NCBI GenBank assembly: GCA_035279875.1
Contig: DATEGX010000094.1
Span: 1-37,902, forward strand
Length of the DNA stretch: 37,902 nt
Reading direction: 5' to 3'
DNA from: Candidatus Binataceae bacterium
GTDB taxonomy: Bacteria; Desulfobacterota; Binatia; Binatales; Binataceae
The position numbers and the translations under genes were made by a program. How positions within the stretch are numbered: the first letter of the stretch is position 1; each line of letters starts with the position of its first letter. The notes under the pieces were generated by a model. It was not told the origin of the DNA and ran no database searches. It saw only the letters and a program-made list of their open reading frames with translations. Shown here piece by piece: positions 8,701-17,600 of the stretch.

Positions 8701-8739
8701 CAACGGATAACATTGGCGCTGGTCGCTACTGCGAAATAG
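5731..8739 (+). CDS. Secreted SBBP beta-propeller repeat protein with Pro/Thr linker and two C-terminal Ig-like (choice-of-anchor D / ASH-type) domains
   Basis: N-terminal signal-like segment MSSFKRQTVGLAILLSVVGLCVSLA. Seven repeats follow of the form [LIV]YSTYLGG..D.G.AIAVDS.G.AYVTG.T.S.DFP....FQ...., which is the SBBP repeat signature. Then a TPSPTP linker and two ~100-aa domains with the pattern L.F...G......L.V.N.G...L ...F.P...G...A.L.I.S.DP.......P..G.G. Confidence 0.8.
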   Translation: MSSFKRQTVGLAILLSVVGLCVSLANIPQRDNHPPNVSRAGDRGSNLPDRNSASATGSHVLNLQRPVAFEPNRGQTNPRFKFLGRGDGYRLLVGQHEATVLFDRPTGANVAATRSARPGRSAKAAPKRTAIEMKLVGARTAPPIDAQDRLPGRINYLIGNDPSRWHTGIPIYRKLLERSVWPGVDLAYYGSRNRIECDFLVAPRANPGVIELEFDGARRLTIDAGGNLLVGSGENSLRLLKPVVYQPGATGRRRIDGHYELSGRSRVKFKVAAYDRSRPLVIDPLVVALGYSTYLGGSGNSAAATGDFASGIAVDSKGSAYVTGGASSADFPIMGAYQSTLNGASNAFISKFSPDGQSLIYSTYIGGSGTNDAANAIAIDSSGNAYVTGLTNSSDFPTMNPFQKSLAAPTYDNAFVAKLSADGASLIYSTYLGGTTSDVGRGIALGSDDSAYVTGLTTSTDFPTANAFQSSGLSSGSAFVSKFSPQGNTLVYSTYLGGSTSDQGVAIAVDSAGSAYVTGLTGSKNFPTTTGVFQSSLRSTAGNAFVTKFNPSGTSLAYSTYLGGTGHDIGFAIALDSNDDAYIVGTTTSSDFPLKNPLQSSLKSRGGNAFVSELNSNGSALVYSTYLGGSGSGGDGAAAVAVDSAGNAYIAGGTTSQDFPVSNFFQQNLKSTTSNGFVSEITANGAALLYSTFLGGSGSDQSTAIALDSSNNAYVAGFTSSSDFPLQNPYQNSLKGPRDPFVAKLILIEVTPSPTPSPTPSPTPTPTPPPPTPTPTPIPTPTLTPSGSIAVSPGGLDFHTTGIGTRPPTMKLTVRNVGKQTLNGFVTNSGGPYQTVAASLNFQLAPKRSWVLPVRFQPFAAGPAPAGQLLITSSDPLHRSIMIPMSGTGAGGNLALSIGGGTFSFPPGAAGRTISKSFIISNTGLGMLQIDRLSIGGPDASLFGFRRRTRTSFQLAPHGSRKITLHGTPTRSHTLNAQLTILSNDPNPNRQRITLALVATAK
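6598..7966 (+). repeat. Seven tandem SBBP propeller blades (protein-level repeats, ~58-66 aa each)
   Basis: Seven YST[YF][LI]GG motifs are spaced regularly in the translation. The DNA copies are diverged, not exact. Confidence 0.75.
7981..8085 (+). repeat. Pro/Thr-rich linker coding region ([35 protein letters not shown])
   Basis: Low-complexity ACN/CCN codon run, read directly from the sequence. Confidence 0.9.
8086..8736 (+). other. C-terminal tandem Ig-like cassette, copy 1 (aa 786-1002 of the SBBP protein)
   Basis: Collinear similarity to aa 845-1068 of the neighbouring S53 protein. In my hand alignment of the first domain I count 52 identities in about 111 columns. Confidence 0.7.
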
Positions 8740-9011
8740 CAAGTCCCCCGACATCGCGTTGCGCGACTCTGTGCTTTGGTTGACGCATCTCTGCAAGGTA
8801 GGGACTGTTTTCGCCGATTTTGACTCGTGCTCAGCTTCCGTTTTGTTCCGGCTGCTTGCTTCAATTCATGCCCGCTGCCTAGAGATGAATGTTATTGAGG
8901 CGGGAAACCATAACCAGTGTTCATTGCCCTCCGCAAGGAATACCGGAGGGTCTCCAGTATCTTACGTTCGCCGCGCCTGCGGGTGCTTGACGGCGGTCGA
9001 CTCCGGCTGCG

Positions 9012-12000
9012 ATGTCGCGCGCACGGTCGAATAAGCGCGTGATCCGGCGTAGTGCGCGGCGAGTGAGGCCACTCCAATGTCTAGCGTTAAGCGCGGTTTG
9101 TGTCGTCGCGATGGTCGCGATTCAGATCGCCGGAGCCGCGTCCGATACCGCCGTCTACGCGGCGGCACGGACCCTGACCACGTCGAAAATCGACGGAAGC
9201 GCGACGGTAGCGCTGGCCGGAAACGTCCGCCCGGAAGCAAATTGGCGCAACGATCGCGGACGGGTCCCCGACAGTCTCCCATTCGAGCACCTGATGCTGC
9301 AGCTACGGCGTTCGCCGCGGCAGGAGCGCGCCCTCGAAAAGCTTCTTGGCGAGCTTAACGATCCTCACGCGCCCAACTATCACCATTGGTTGTCAGCCTC
9401 GGAATTCGGGCGGCGCTACGGCCTGGCCGCAGCGGACCTCGCGCATATCCAGACCTGGCTCAAGTCATACGGATTTGCAGTTAACCGCGTTTATCCCAAC
9501 CGCACGTTGGTCGACTTCTCTGGCACAGCGTCACAGATACGACACGCCTTTGGTACTGAGATTCACTATCTCGATGTAAACGGCGCTCGACATCTGGCTA
9601 ACATGACCGATCCGCGAATTCCTGCCGCGTTGGCGCCCGCAATCAGCGGAGTGATTTCGCTGCACGATTTCTTCCCTCGCCCAGCAGGCCTGTTCACGCG
9701 GCCCGCGGTCAGGCCAGCCGACACCTATGACAGCAGTTTTCAGTATGTGGCGCCCGGAGATCTGGCAACGGTTTACAACCTCAAACCTCTGTTTGCCGCG
9801 GGCTATAGCGGTCAAGGCCAGACTATCGTGATGGCCGAGTCGAGCGACTTGTACAGCGCGCGAGATTGGAGCAATTTCCGCTCGGCCTTCAAACTGTCGT
9901 CCGCCTACCCCAACGGATCGCTCAAGCAGATCCATCCGGCGCCCGCTTCCGGACGCAATAATTGCAGCGATCCGGGCGTGGTCAGCAGCGGCGAGGCCGA
10001 GGCGATTGCGGACGCCGAATGGGCCAGTGCGGCCGCTCCCAACGCTGCCCTCGTGATGGCGTCGTGCGCCGACAGTTCTACCTCCGGTGTGTTCATCGCG
10101 CTGGTCAACGTAATCAACTCCGCCGGCACGCCGCCCGGGGTTATCAGTGTCAGCTTTGGCTCGGATGAGGCGGATATGGGCTCCGCCAATCAGGCGATCT
10201 TCGACGCCTATCAGCAGGCCGCTTCGGAAGGTATCTCGGTCTTCGTCGCGGCCGGAGATCAGGGCGCGGCGATGGCCGACTATGGCGCCAGCGCGGCCAC
10301 TCACGGGATCGCGGTCAGCGGCTGGGCGTCGACTCCGTATAACGTCGCGGTCGGCGGCACCGATTTCGGCGATACGTACGCCGGCACCAACAGTACCTAT
10401 TGGGGCTCGTCGGATAACTCTGACTTCAGTTCCGCGCAGTCTTATGTCCCTGAAATTCCCTGGAATGACACCTGCGGCAGTTCACTCATCGCCAGTGCCA
10501 ACAACTTCAGCTCGGCCTATGGATCAAACGGCTTTTGCGACAGCTCCGCGGGTCAGGCTTTCCTCAATAGCGGCCTGGCTGCCGGCGGCGGCGGTCCCAG
10601 CGGATGCGCCAGCGGCTCGCCCTCAGCTTCGGGAGTGGTCAGTGGAAGCTGCACGGGATACGCCAAGCCCCAATGGCAAACGGTGCCGGGCAATCCCAAC
10701 GACGGCGTTCGCGATTTGCCTGACGTCGCACTGTTCGCCGGATTAGGTCCTACTTTCAATGGAGTGAGCTACTGGGGTCACGCCTACGAATTCTGCTTTT
10801 CCGACACCAATAATGGCGGAGCGTCATGCGCCGGCTCGCCGCCATGGTTGGGGCTTGGTGGAACTTCGGTCGCAGCCCCTGTGATGGCGGGTATTCAGAG
10901 TTTGATCAATCAAAAGATCGGTGCGCATCAGGGTAATCCAAATCCTTCTTACTATGCCTTGGCGAGCTCGGAATACGGTAGCAATGGTAGTAGTCAATGC
11001 AACTCCTCATTGGGTAATAAAGTGGACAGCGGCTGCATCTTCTATGATGTCACGCAGGGCGACATCGACGTAAATTGCACCGGCTCCTACGATTGCTATC
11101 TGCCTTCGGGAACCAACGGGGTGCTGTCGACTTCCGTCAACAGCTTTCAATCGGCATATCGAACTACCAGCGGATGGGATTTTGCCTCGGGCATCGGCAC
11201 GGTGAACGCGTATAACCTTGCAGTCGCGATGAGCAGTCCGTCGCCTACTACGACAGCGACTCCCTCCGCGACCCCGACGCCGAGCCCAACTCCATCGCCC
11301 ACCGCGACGCCTAGTCCAACTCCATCGCCTACAGTGACGCCGAGCCCGAGTCCGACCCCGACGCCGACAGCCACACAGACTCCATCTCCGACACCAACCC
11401 CAACCCCCAGCCCGTCACCAACCCTCTCACCTACTCCATCGCCAACTCCTACCTCGACCGCGACCCCAACGCCGACCGCAAGTCCCACTCCCAGCCCGAC
11501 TATCACGCCGACGCCGACGCCTATTCCTTCGCCGACTCCGACGGCGCTGCCGGCCACATCGGGCGCGATCTCGGTGGCGCCAGCCAGTCTGCATTTTCCG
11601 GCCACCGGAGTGGGCGGGCGTCCCTCGATCCTCAAAGTCCGGATCAAAAATTCCGGGAAAGGTCTACTGCTCGGATCAGCCCAAATCTCAGGAGGTAGTC
11701 CCTATCAGATGCTCGCGGGAGGCGCGGGTTTTCGCGTCGGTGCGAAAAAGTCGTACGTCTTAAGGATCCAGTTCCGGCCCGCCGCGGTGGGCAACGCAGC
11801 GCCGGCCAACCTGATCATCGTTTCCAGCGACCCGCGGCACGGCACGGTCGAAATTCCCATGAGCGGTGCCGGCGCCGGCGGCACAATCGCGGTGAGGCTC
11901 AGGGGCGACGGCATGCAGTATCCCAACACCCCGATTGGACACACGGTCGCGAGGTCATTTGCCATTGCCAATACCGGTGAGGGGATGCTGCACGTGAGTC

Positions 12001-12218
12001 TGGGCGGGATGGACAACAATGGCCCGGCGATGTTCGCGTTCGCTGCTGGAACGGAGACTTCCTTCGAGCTCGCGCCGAAAAGCAAACCGCATCTCGTGAC
12101 GCTATTGTTCGCGCCGTCCGCGAGCGGACACTTCTATGCGGACTTCATGATCGTCAACGACGATCCTAATCCGGTGCGCGAGACTATCCCGGTAACGCTG
12201 AGCGGCGTCGGCGACTAG
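9012..12218 (+). CDS. Secreted S53 (sedolisin/kumamolisin-type) serine-carboxyl peptidase with pro-domain, Pro/Thr linker and the same two C-terminal Ig-like domains
   Basis: Signal-like N-terminus ([29 protein letters not shown]). Pro-kumamolisin activation-domain pattern ([41 protein letters not shown]). Sedolisin catalytic motifs are present: [11 protein letters not shown] (E-x3-D), [18 protein letters not shown] and [13 protein letters not shown] (nucleophile Ser). A ~104-aa PT linker and the cassette shared with the upstream gene follow. Confidence 0.8.
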   Translation: MSRARSNKRVIRRSARRVRPLQCLALSAVCVVAMVAIQIAGAASDTAVYAAARTLTTSKIDGSATVALAGNVRPEANWRNDRGRVPDSLPFEHLMLQLRRSPRQERALEKLLGELNDPHAPNYHHWLSASEFGRRYGLAAADLAHIQTWLKSYGFAVNRVYPNRTLVDFSGTASQIRHAFGTEIHYLDVNGARHLANMTDPRIPAALAPAISGVISLHDFFPRPAGLFTRPAVRPADTYDSSFQYVAPGDLATVYNLKPLFAAGYSGQGQTIVMAESSDLYSARDWSNFRSAFKLSSAYPNGSLKQIHPAPASGRNNCSDPGVVSSGEAEAIADAEWASAAAPNAALVMASCADSSTSGVFIALVNVINSAGTPPGVISVSFGSDEADMGSANQAIFDAYQQAASEGISVFVAAGDQGAAMADYGASAATHGIAVSGWASTPYNVAVGGTDFGDTYAGTNSTYWGSSDNSDFSSAQSYVPEIPWNDTCGSSLIASANNFSSAYGSNGFCDSSAGQAFLNSGLAAGGGGPSGCASGSPSASGVVSGSCTGYAKPQWQTVPGNPNDGVRDLPDVALFAGLGPTFNGVSYWGHAYEFCFSDTNNGGASCAGSPPWLGLGGTSVAAPVMAGIQSLINQKIGAHQGNPNPSYYALASSEYGSNGSSQCNSSLGNKVDSGCIFYDVTQGDIDVNCTGSYDCYLPSGTNGVLSTSVNSFQSAYRTTSGWDFASGIGTVNAYNLAVAMSSPSPTTTATPSATPTPSPTPSPTATPSPTPSPTVTPSPSPTPTPTATQTPSPTPTPTPSPSPTLSPTPSPTPTSTATPTPTASPTPSPTITPTPTPIPSPTPTALPATSGAISVAPASLHFPATGVGGRPSILKVRIKNSGKGLLLGSAQISGGSPYQMLAGGAGFRVGAKKSYVLRIQFRPAAVGNAAPANLIIVSSDPRHGTVEIPMSGAGAGGTIAVRLRGDGMQYPNTPIGHTVARSFAIANTGEGMLHVSLGGMDNNGPAMFAFAAGTETSFELAPKSKPHLVTLLFAPSASGHFYADFMIVNDDPNPVRETIPVTLSGVGD
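11232..11543 (+). repeat. Long Pro/Thr/Ser linker coding region, including two adjacent 30-nt units at 11277-11306 and 11307-11336
   Basis: Unit 1 is acgccgagcccaactccatcgcccaccgcg and unit 2 is acgcctagtccaactccatcgcctacagtg, identical at 25 of 30 positions by my count. The rest of the region is degenerate ACN/CCN/TCN codons. Confidence 0.85.
11544..12215 (+). other. C-terminal tandem Ig-like cassette, copy 2 (aa 845-1068 of the S53 protein)
   Basis: See copy 1. Shared landmarks are ...SSDP.H....IPMSG.GAGG... and ...N(D)DPNP.R..I... Confidence 0.7.
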
Positions 12219-12230
12219 CGCGCTTCGAAA

Positions 12231-13418
12231 TCAACCCTTGGGCAGCCCCAGCACGCGTTCACCGATCACGTTGTGCTGAATCTGATTGGTCCCGGCGTAA
12301 ATCGTTGGACCGCGCGCCGCTAGCATCCGCTGCGACCATTTGCCGCTATCGATCGCGAATTCCGCGCCGGTGCCGATCTGACTGTAAGGTCCGAGCAATT
12401 CCATCGCGTACATCGCGATCTGCAGGCCGAGTTCGGTGCCGGCGAGCTTCAGCATCGAGCCTTCGGGCCCGGGCGGCAGGCCTTTGAGTTCGCGCGTGAG
12501 TTGGCGAAACCCGGTGTACTTGAGCGCCTGCGCCTCGCATGCGAAGCGAACGATTCTCTGCCTGACGGCGCTGTCTGACCAGCAATTGGCGCCGTTGCGA
12601 GGCATCCGCCGCGCCAATTCGGCGAGTTCATGCACCAGGCGCATCAGGCCGCGATGGTGTCCGCCAGTGCGCTCGTACATGAGCGTCGTCATGGCGACCT
12701 GCCATCCCTGATTTTTATTGCCGACCAGGTTGGCCTTAGGTACACGCACGTCCTCGAAGAAGACCTGGTTGAAGCCGTGCGCACCGGTCATCTGCACGAG
12801 CGGACTCACGGTGATTCCCGGGCTCTTCATGTCGACCAGCAAGTAGCTGATGCCCTTATGCTTGGGCGCCTGCGAATCGGTGCGCACCAGCAGAAAAATC
12901 CAGTTCGAGTAATGGGCCCCCGAAGTCCAGATTTTCGCTCCGTTAACGACGAAATCGTCCCCGTCCTCGGCCGCGCGGGTCTGCAGCGAGGCCAGGTCCG
13001 AGCCGGCATTGGGCTCGGAATAGCCTTGGCACCAGACTTCCTCGGCGGTGAGAATTTTCGGAATGAAGCGCCGTTTCTGTTCCTCGCTGCCCCATTGAAT
13101 CAAGGTCGGACCCAGCAGCGTGATACCTGAGCCGATATACGGCGCCATCGTATGGGCGCGCGCGAGTTCCTCATGGTAGATGATGCTCTGCAACACGCCC
13201 GCCCCGCGTCCGCCGTAAGCCCGCGGCCATCCCACCGCCATCCAGCCGTCCTCGTGGAGCTTGCGATGCCATCGCTTGAGCGTGTCGAGAGTGGTGCCGC
13301 CGCCGCCCTCGAGTCCGAAGCCGTCGCGAATCGGCACCGCGTACTCAGCGTTCTTCTCGAGCCAGCCGCGAAATTCGTCCCGGAAGGTCTCGTCCTCGCG
13401 GCTGTAATTGAAATCCAT
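12231..13418 (-). CDS. Acyl-CoA dehydrogenase family protein
   Basis: Typical ACAD layout: MDFNYSREDETFRDEFRGWLEKN..., EPNAGSDLASLQTRA, KIWTSGAHYSNW, and a C-terminal ...YAGTNQIQHNVIGERVLGLPK. I prefer the ATG at 13418 over the track start at 13448. Confidence 0.85.
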   Translation of the reverse strand: MDFNYSREDETFRDEFRGWLEKNAEYAVPIRDGFGLEGGGGTTLDTLKRWHRKLHEDGWMAVGWPRAYGGRGAGVLQSIIYHEELARAHTMAPYIGSGITLLGPTLIQWGSEEQKRRFIPKILTAEEVWCQGYSEPNAGSDLASLQTRAAEDGDDFVVNGAKIWTSGAHYSNWIFLLVRTDSQAPKHKGISYLLVDMKSPGITVSPLVQMTGAHGFNQVFFEDVRVPKANLVGNKNQGWQVAMTTLMYERTGGHHRGLMRLVHELAELARRMPRNGANCWSDSAVRQRIVRFACEAQALKYTGFRQLTRELKGLPPGPEGSMLKLAGTELGLQIAMYAMELLGPYSQIGTGAEFAIDSGKWSQRMLAARGPTIYAGTNQIQHNVIGERVLGLPKG

Positions 13419-13551
13419 GCTGCCCGTTGCCTCTGCTGTTCGATTCAACTCAGCTTACAACAACCGCATCGCCCCGACGAACCCGCAAGCAGATGAGTGT
13501 GACCGCGAATTAAGCGGTTCGGCGCCGAGGAGCGCCGCGACGGTCCCGCGC

Positions 13552-14439
13552 TCAGGCGCGACGGCGTCGATATTTATGGATCGCGTGACCGGGAACGTCG
13601 GCCAGGTAGATATCGCCACGCGAGTCGGCCCACAATCCGTGGCCGTTAGGCGAATCCCATCGCGCAATCTTGTTGCCGCGCTTGTCCATGATCACCACTG
13701 ACGGTTTCAGATCGCTGACGTAGACCGTTTCGTCCGCGCTGATATAAATGTCCGCCGGCCGGTCGAGGTCACCCCACTGCGCGATATACTTGCCTTCGAG
13801 CGAGAAAAGCTGGATCCGGCTGTTCTCGCGGTCGCAGACATAAATCGTGCCGCCCTCGTCGATCCACAGACTGTGCGGCAGGTGGAATTCGCCGGGCTCA
13901 TGCTTGCCCGGTTCGCCCCATGAGCCTATCAGACGGCCGTCTTGCGAAAAGCGATGGACCCGCGCGTTGCGATATCCATCGGTCACGTAGAGGTCGCCGT
14001 TGGGGCCGGGGACCATCTCGGTCGGCTTATTGAATGGCCCGGCCGCCCGCAATACCCGCCCGCCGTCGCTCTCGCAGCCTGTATCCGACGCCTGGCCGCG
14101 TTCGCCGATTAGCCGCAGGGGCTTACCGTCGAGCGTGTACTTCAGCACCACGTGGTCATCGCGATCGGTCAGGTAGACAATGTCATTCTTGATGTAAAAG
14201 CCGTGTGGGTCGGTGATCGAATGTTCGCCCCACGAGCCAAGGAAATTGCCGCGGCGGTCGAAAATCACCACCGGCGGGTCTTTGCGCTGAAAGCCGTAGA
14301 CCCGGTCCTGCGAGTCGGTAGCAACCGCGCTCATCGGCCCGAACGTCCATCCGGACGGCAGCGTACCGAAGCGTTCGATCAGCTCGTAGGTATATTTTCC
14401 AGTTCCTACTGTATTAGCCACTTCGAGATCCCCTTTCAC
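13552..14439 (-). CDS. NHL-repeat six-bladed beta-propeller protein (peptidyl-alpha-hydroxyglycine lyase-like fold)
   Basis: Repeated NHL-type blades: LYVTDGYRNARVHRFSQDGRLIGSWG, IYVCDRENSRIQLFSLEGKYIAQWG, VYVSDLKPSVVIMDKRGNKIARW and IYLADVPGHAIHKY. Confidence 0.72.
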   Translation of the reverse strand: MKGDLEVANTVGTGKYTYELIERFGTLPSGWTFGPMSAVATDSQDRVYGFQRKDPPVVIFDRRGNFLGSWGEHSITDPHGFYIKNDIVYLTDRDDHVVLKYTLDGKPLRLIGERGQASDTGCESDGGRVLRAAGPFNKPTEMVPGPNGDLYVTDGYRNARVHRFSQDGRLIGSWGEPGKHEPGEFHLPHSLWIDEGGTIYVCDRENSRIQLFSLEGKYIAQWGDLDRPADIYISADETVYVSDLKPSVVIMDKRGNKIARWDSPNGHGLWADSRGDIYLADVPGHAIHKYRRRRA

Positions 14440-14641
14440 TCTTATGTGGCGGACGTGCGGAAGCCGTCAACTCGATCCCTCCGTGATTATGTGGGTTGGT
14501 GCAGGATGCACGCTTTGCGTTAGAACCCGGACCCGCTACAACCACGGTTGGACACCCTGGAATTTGGACGAACTCCCTCGAATACCTAGCACGTTTTAGC
14601 GGGTTTGCGATCAGTGCTGGCGGCCGTCGCCCGCACAGGTA

Positions 14642-15154
14642 ATGGAGTGGCGGCGCCATCCGGCATACCATAAGCGCGTGGTTAGCTGGAGCCAGCGGCA
14701 GCTTGTTCGACGCCCGGGCCCATTGGCCGCGGCAGCGATTCTCATCGTGATTCTCTGCTGGACTGCCGCGACTTGTTACGCGCAAACCTACACGGTTGAT
14801 ACTGGCGCGAGCACCTCGCTCACGGACTACTTGCGCAAGCATCGCCTGCCGCTGGTTGGTGCACAGGTGCTCAAGGACCACTCGGGCGACGCGCGCGTCG
14901 TTCTCTACGGGTTCGTCGCGACCGATTACGGCAAGCAGGACGCCGCCCGCCAGGCGCTGGCCTTTCTCAAGCTGAAGGACGCCCCGGTCGACAACCGCAT
15001 CGCGATTCGGCCAGAAATTGCGAACATGAAGCCCGGCGCGGGGAGCGTCGCGCCAGCGGAGAATTCCGGAACTGAATCACTGGATCAGATTCTCAACGAT
15101 ATCGATCGCTACGGAGTCAGTATCCCGCTGGTGGAGCAGAATTCGGGCCCGTAG
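14642..15154 (+). CDS. Secreted hypothetical protein, possible BON-like domain
   Basis: A hydrophobic signal-like stretch (PLAAAAILIVILCWTAATCYAQ) is followed by LTDYLRKHRLPLVGAQVLKDHSGDARVVLYGFVATDYGKQDAARQALAFLKLKDAPVDNRIAIRP. This fits the BON pattern (..V.L.G.V......A...A......V.N.I.V). The start codon is uncertain. Confidence 0.5.
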   Translation: MEWRRHPAYHKRVVSWSQRQLVRRPGPLAAAAILIVILCWTAATCYAQTYTVDTGASTSLTDYLRKHRLPLVGAQVLKDHSGDARVVLYGFVATDYGKQDAARQALAFLKLKDAPVDNRIAIRPEIANMKPGAGSVAPAENSGTESLDQILNDIDRYGVSIPLVEQNSGP

Positions 15155-15214
15155 CGCGACGGACGGCGGGACTTATCCGGTTGGGCATAGGACTCAGCCG
15201 ATCATCCATCAAAA

Positions 15215-15228
15215 CGAACTTACGTTTG
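15215..15228 (+). promoter_or_regulatory. Candidate Cheo-type LexA box (CGAAC-N4-GTTTG) upstream of the UvrD-like helicase
   Basis: CGAACTTACGTTTG lies 113 nt upstream of the GTG start at 15341. It matches the GAAC-N4-GTTY core of the Gram-positive-type SOS box. It is a single occurrence and no matching box was found at lexA itself. Confidence 0.25.
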
Positions 15229-15340
15229 ACGTGCGATACTGGTCAAAACAGCGCCGGCTGAATTGAGTAAGACTCGGCCTCAATGAAAACGCTCCCTTGG
15301 CGCTCGGCCAGGCCGTTCTTCGTGCTAAACTCGCGCCATC

Positions 15341-17359
15341 GTGCCCGAAAAGGTCATCGTGCTCAGGAACCGGCCCGTGCCGGCGGAGATTGACGAGCGT
15401 AACTTCCGCATCAGGTACGCCGAGGTCCTCAATCCACAACAGCTTGCCGCGGTAACCCATCGGGAGGGCCCACTGCTGGTGGTCGCGGGTGCCGGATCGG
15501 GCAAGACTCGCACGCTGATCTATCGGGTGGCGCGGCTGATCGAAAGCGGCGTGCCGCCCGGCGCGATTCTGCTGCTCACTTTCACCCGCCGTGCCGCGCA
15601 GGAAATGCTGCGCCGGGTTGAACAACTGATCGGCGAGCGCGGCAGCCAGGTCTCCGGCGGCACTTTCCATTCGTTCGCCAACCAGGTCTTGCGCCGCTAC
15701 GGCAACTTCATTGGCCTCAAGCCCAACTTCACCATCCTGGACCGCTCCGACATGGAGGACGTGATCAATCTCTTGCGCGGCCGGATGGGACTCGGCTCGA
15801 AGGACCGCCGCTTTCCCAAAAAAGGCACGATCGCGGAAGCGATCAGCATGGCGCGCAACAAGAACCGCGCTCTCAAGCTCGAGCTCGAAAGCGACTTCCC
15901 GCATTTGCTCGAGCATGAGCGCGAGTTGATTGCGCTGGCCGAGCAATACGAAAACTACAAGCGCGAGCGCGGCGTGCTCGACTACGACGACCTGCTGTTC
16001 CGCCTGGCGGAACTAATGAACGGCGATGAGGCGACGCGCCGGCGCCTGTCCGACAGCTACCGCTACATCATGATCGACGAGTACCAGGACACCAACGTGA
16101 TCCAGGCTGAGCTGGTGCGGTTGCTCGCGGCTACGCATCGCAACGTGATGGCGGTGGGCGACGACGCCCAGTCGATCTATTCGTTTCGCGGCGCCAACTT
16201 CCGCAACATCATGGACTTCCCGGCGCTGTTCGCCGATTCCCGGGTTATCAAGCTCGAAGAGAACTACCGCTCGCTCCAGGGGATTCTCGATCTGGCCAAC
16301 GAGGTCATCTCGGCGGCCAGCGAAAAGTACACCAAGGCGCTTTTCACCGAGCGCCGGGGCGAGTTCCGCCCCATGCTGGTGCGAGCCGCCGACGAGCATA
16401 TGCAGTCGCGCTTCGTCGCCCAGCGTATCCTCGAATTGCGCGAGGAAGGCGTCGAGCTGGGAGAAATCGCTGTGATGTTCCGCTCGAGCTTTCATTCGTT
16501 CGATCTCGAACTGGAACTGCAGCGCCGCGACATTCCGTTCATCAAGCGCGGCGGCTTCAAGTTTATCGAGACCGCGCACGTCAAGGACGTGCTGGCCCAT
16601 CTGCGGGTGGTCGCCAATCCAACTGACGCGGTTTCGTGGATGCGCGCGCTGGTGCTGGTAAACGGCATCGGCAATCGCAGCGCCGAACGCATGATCGAGG
16701 CGATTATCAGCTCAGAGGAACCGGAGCGAGCGCTCGGGCGCGACGCGGCCAGGCTGGGGGCTCGGGCACAGGCGGCAGTCGCGGGATGTGCCCGGTTGGC
16801 AGCCCTTATCGGGAGCCTGCGCGCCAGTGCCGGCCGCCCTGCGAATCAGCTTGCCGAGGTCGTCGAATATTACCTGCCGATTATGCGAGAGGCTTACCCC
16901 GACGACTATCCCAAGCGCGAACGCGACCTCGAACACTTTCAGAATCTTGCGGAACGCTACCGCAGCCTCGAATCGATGCTGGCCGATATGGCGCTCGAAC
17001 CGCCCAGCGACTCGATCGGCGATGTGCTGGCGGTCGACGCCGAAGAAGGCTACGTCACCCTCAGCACCATCCATTCAGCCAAGGGTCTCGAATGGCGGGT
17101 CGGGTTTTTGATTTGGGCCGCTGATGGACGTTTTCCCGGCCCGATGAGCGTCAGGCCCGAGGAGTTGGAGGAAGAGCGCCGCCTGATGTACGTCGCGATT
17201 ACGCGGGCTCGCGACGAGCTCTACTTGAGCTACCCGATCTACATGATAGACCGCAGCGTCGGTTACGTGATGGGGCGCGCGTCGCGCTTTATCGATAGCC
17301 TCGACGCTAAAGTCTTGCCCACCGCGATGCTGCAGGAGTCCGAAGAAGATCCGTCTTGA
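15341..17359 (+). CDS. UvrD/PcrA/Rep-family ATP-dependent DNA helicase
   Basis: GTG start. Walker A (AGAGSGKTRTL), motif II (IMIDEYQDTN), VGDDAQSIYSFRGA, and late SF1 motifs (LSTIHSAKGLEW, MYVAITRARDEL). 672 aa. Confidence 0.9.
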   Translation: MPEKVIVLRNRPVPAEIDERNFRIRYAEVLNPQQLAAVTHREGPLLVVAGAGSGKTRTLIYRVARLIESGVPPGAILLLTFTRRAAQEMLRRVEQLIGERGSQVSGGTFHSFANQVLRRYGNFIGLKPNFTILDRSDMEDVINLLRGRMGLGSKDRRFPKKGTIAEAISMARNKNRALKLELESDFPHLLEHERELIALAEQYENYKRERGVLDYDDLLFRLAELMNGDEATRRRLSDSYRYIMIDEYQDTNVIQAELVRLLAATHRNVMAVGDDAQSIYSFRGANFRNIMDFPALFADSRVIKLEENYRSLQGILDLANEVISAASEKYTKALFTERRGEFRPMLVRAADEHMQSRFVAQRILELREEGVELGEIAVMFRSSFHSFDLELELQRRDIPFIKRGGFKFIETAHVKDVLAHLRVVANPTDAVSWMRALVLVNGIGNRSAERMIEAIISSEEPERALGRDAARLGARAQAAVAGCARLAALIGSLRASAGRPANQLAEVVEYYLPIMREAYPDDYPKRERDLEHFQNLAERYRSLESMLADMALEPPSDSIGDVLAVDAEEGYVTLSTIHSAKGLEWRVGFLIWAADGRFPGPMSVRPEELEEERRLMYVAITRARDELYLSYPIYMIDRSVGYVMGRASRFIDSLDAKVLPTAMLQESEEDPS

Positions 17360-17600
17360 AATCCTGCGGACAGAAGTCCGTTCGGTAACTTCTACCGATC
17401 GTCTTGACGATTTCATCCCCGTCAGCGGAAGGCGGGGGCGAAAAACTCAAGCAGATCCGAGGGAATTTGCCGATGGCATATGCGTTGCACTCGTAAATTA
17501 GCACAACGCGAAGCCGCCTGCATCCGAAGCTGGCGGAGGTGGTGTTAGAAACGACGTAAATGGATCTAACGCCCGTATACGTCCTATGGAGCTATAATCA

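Noticed and set aside
9531-10304. A 257-aa minus-strand ORF, plus several others antisense to the S53 gene. One of these is the GVGVGVG-rich ORF at 11147-11647.
   Set aside because: They are mirror images of the S53 coding sequence and of the PT linker (the complement of Pro/Thr codons gives Gly/Val). They are not independent genes.
17372-17398. AGAAGT-N10-ACTTCT inverted repeat just after the helicase stop, considered as a terminator.
   Set aside because: The stem is only 6 bp with a 10-nt loop and no U-tract, so it is too weak to call.
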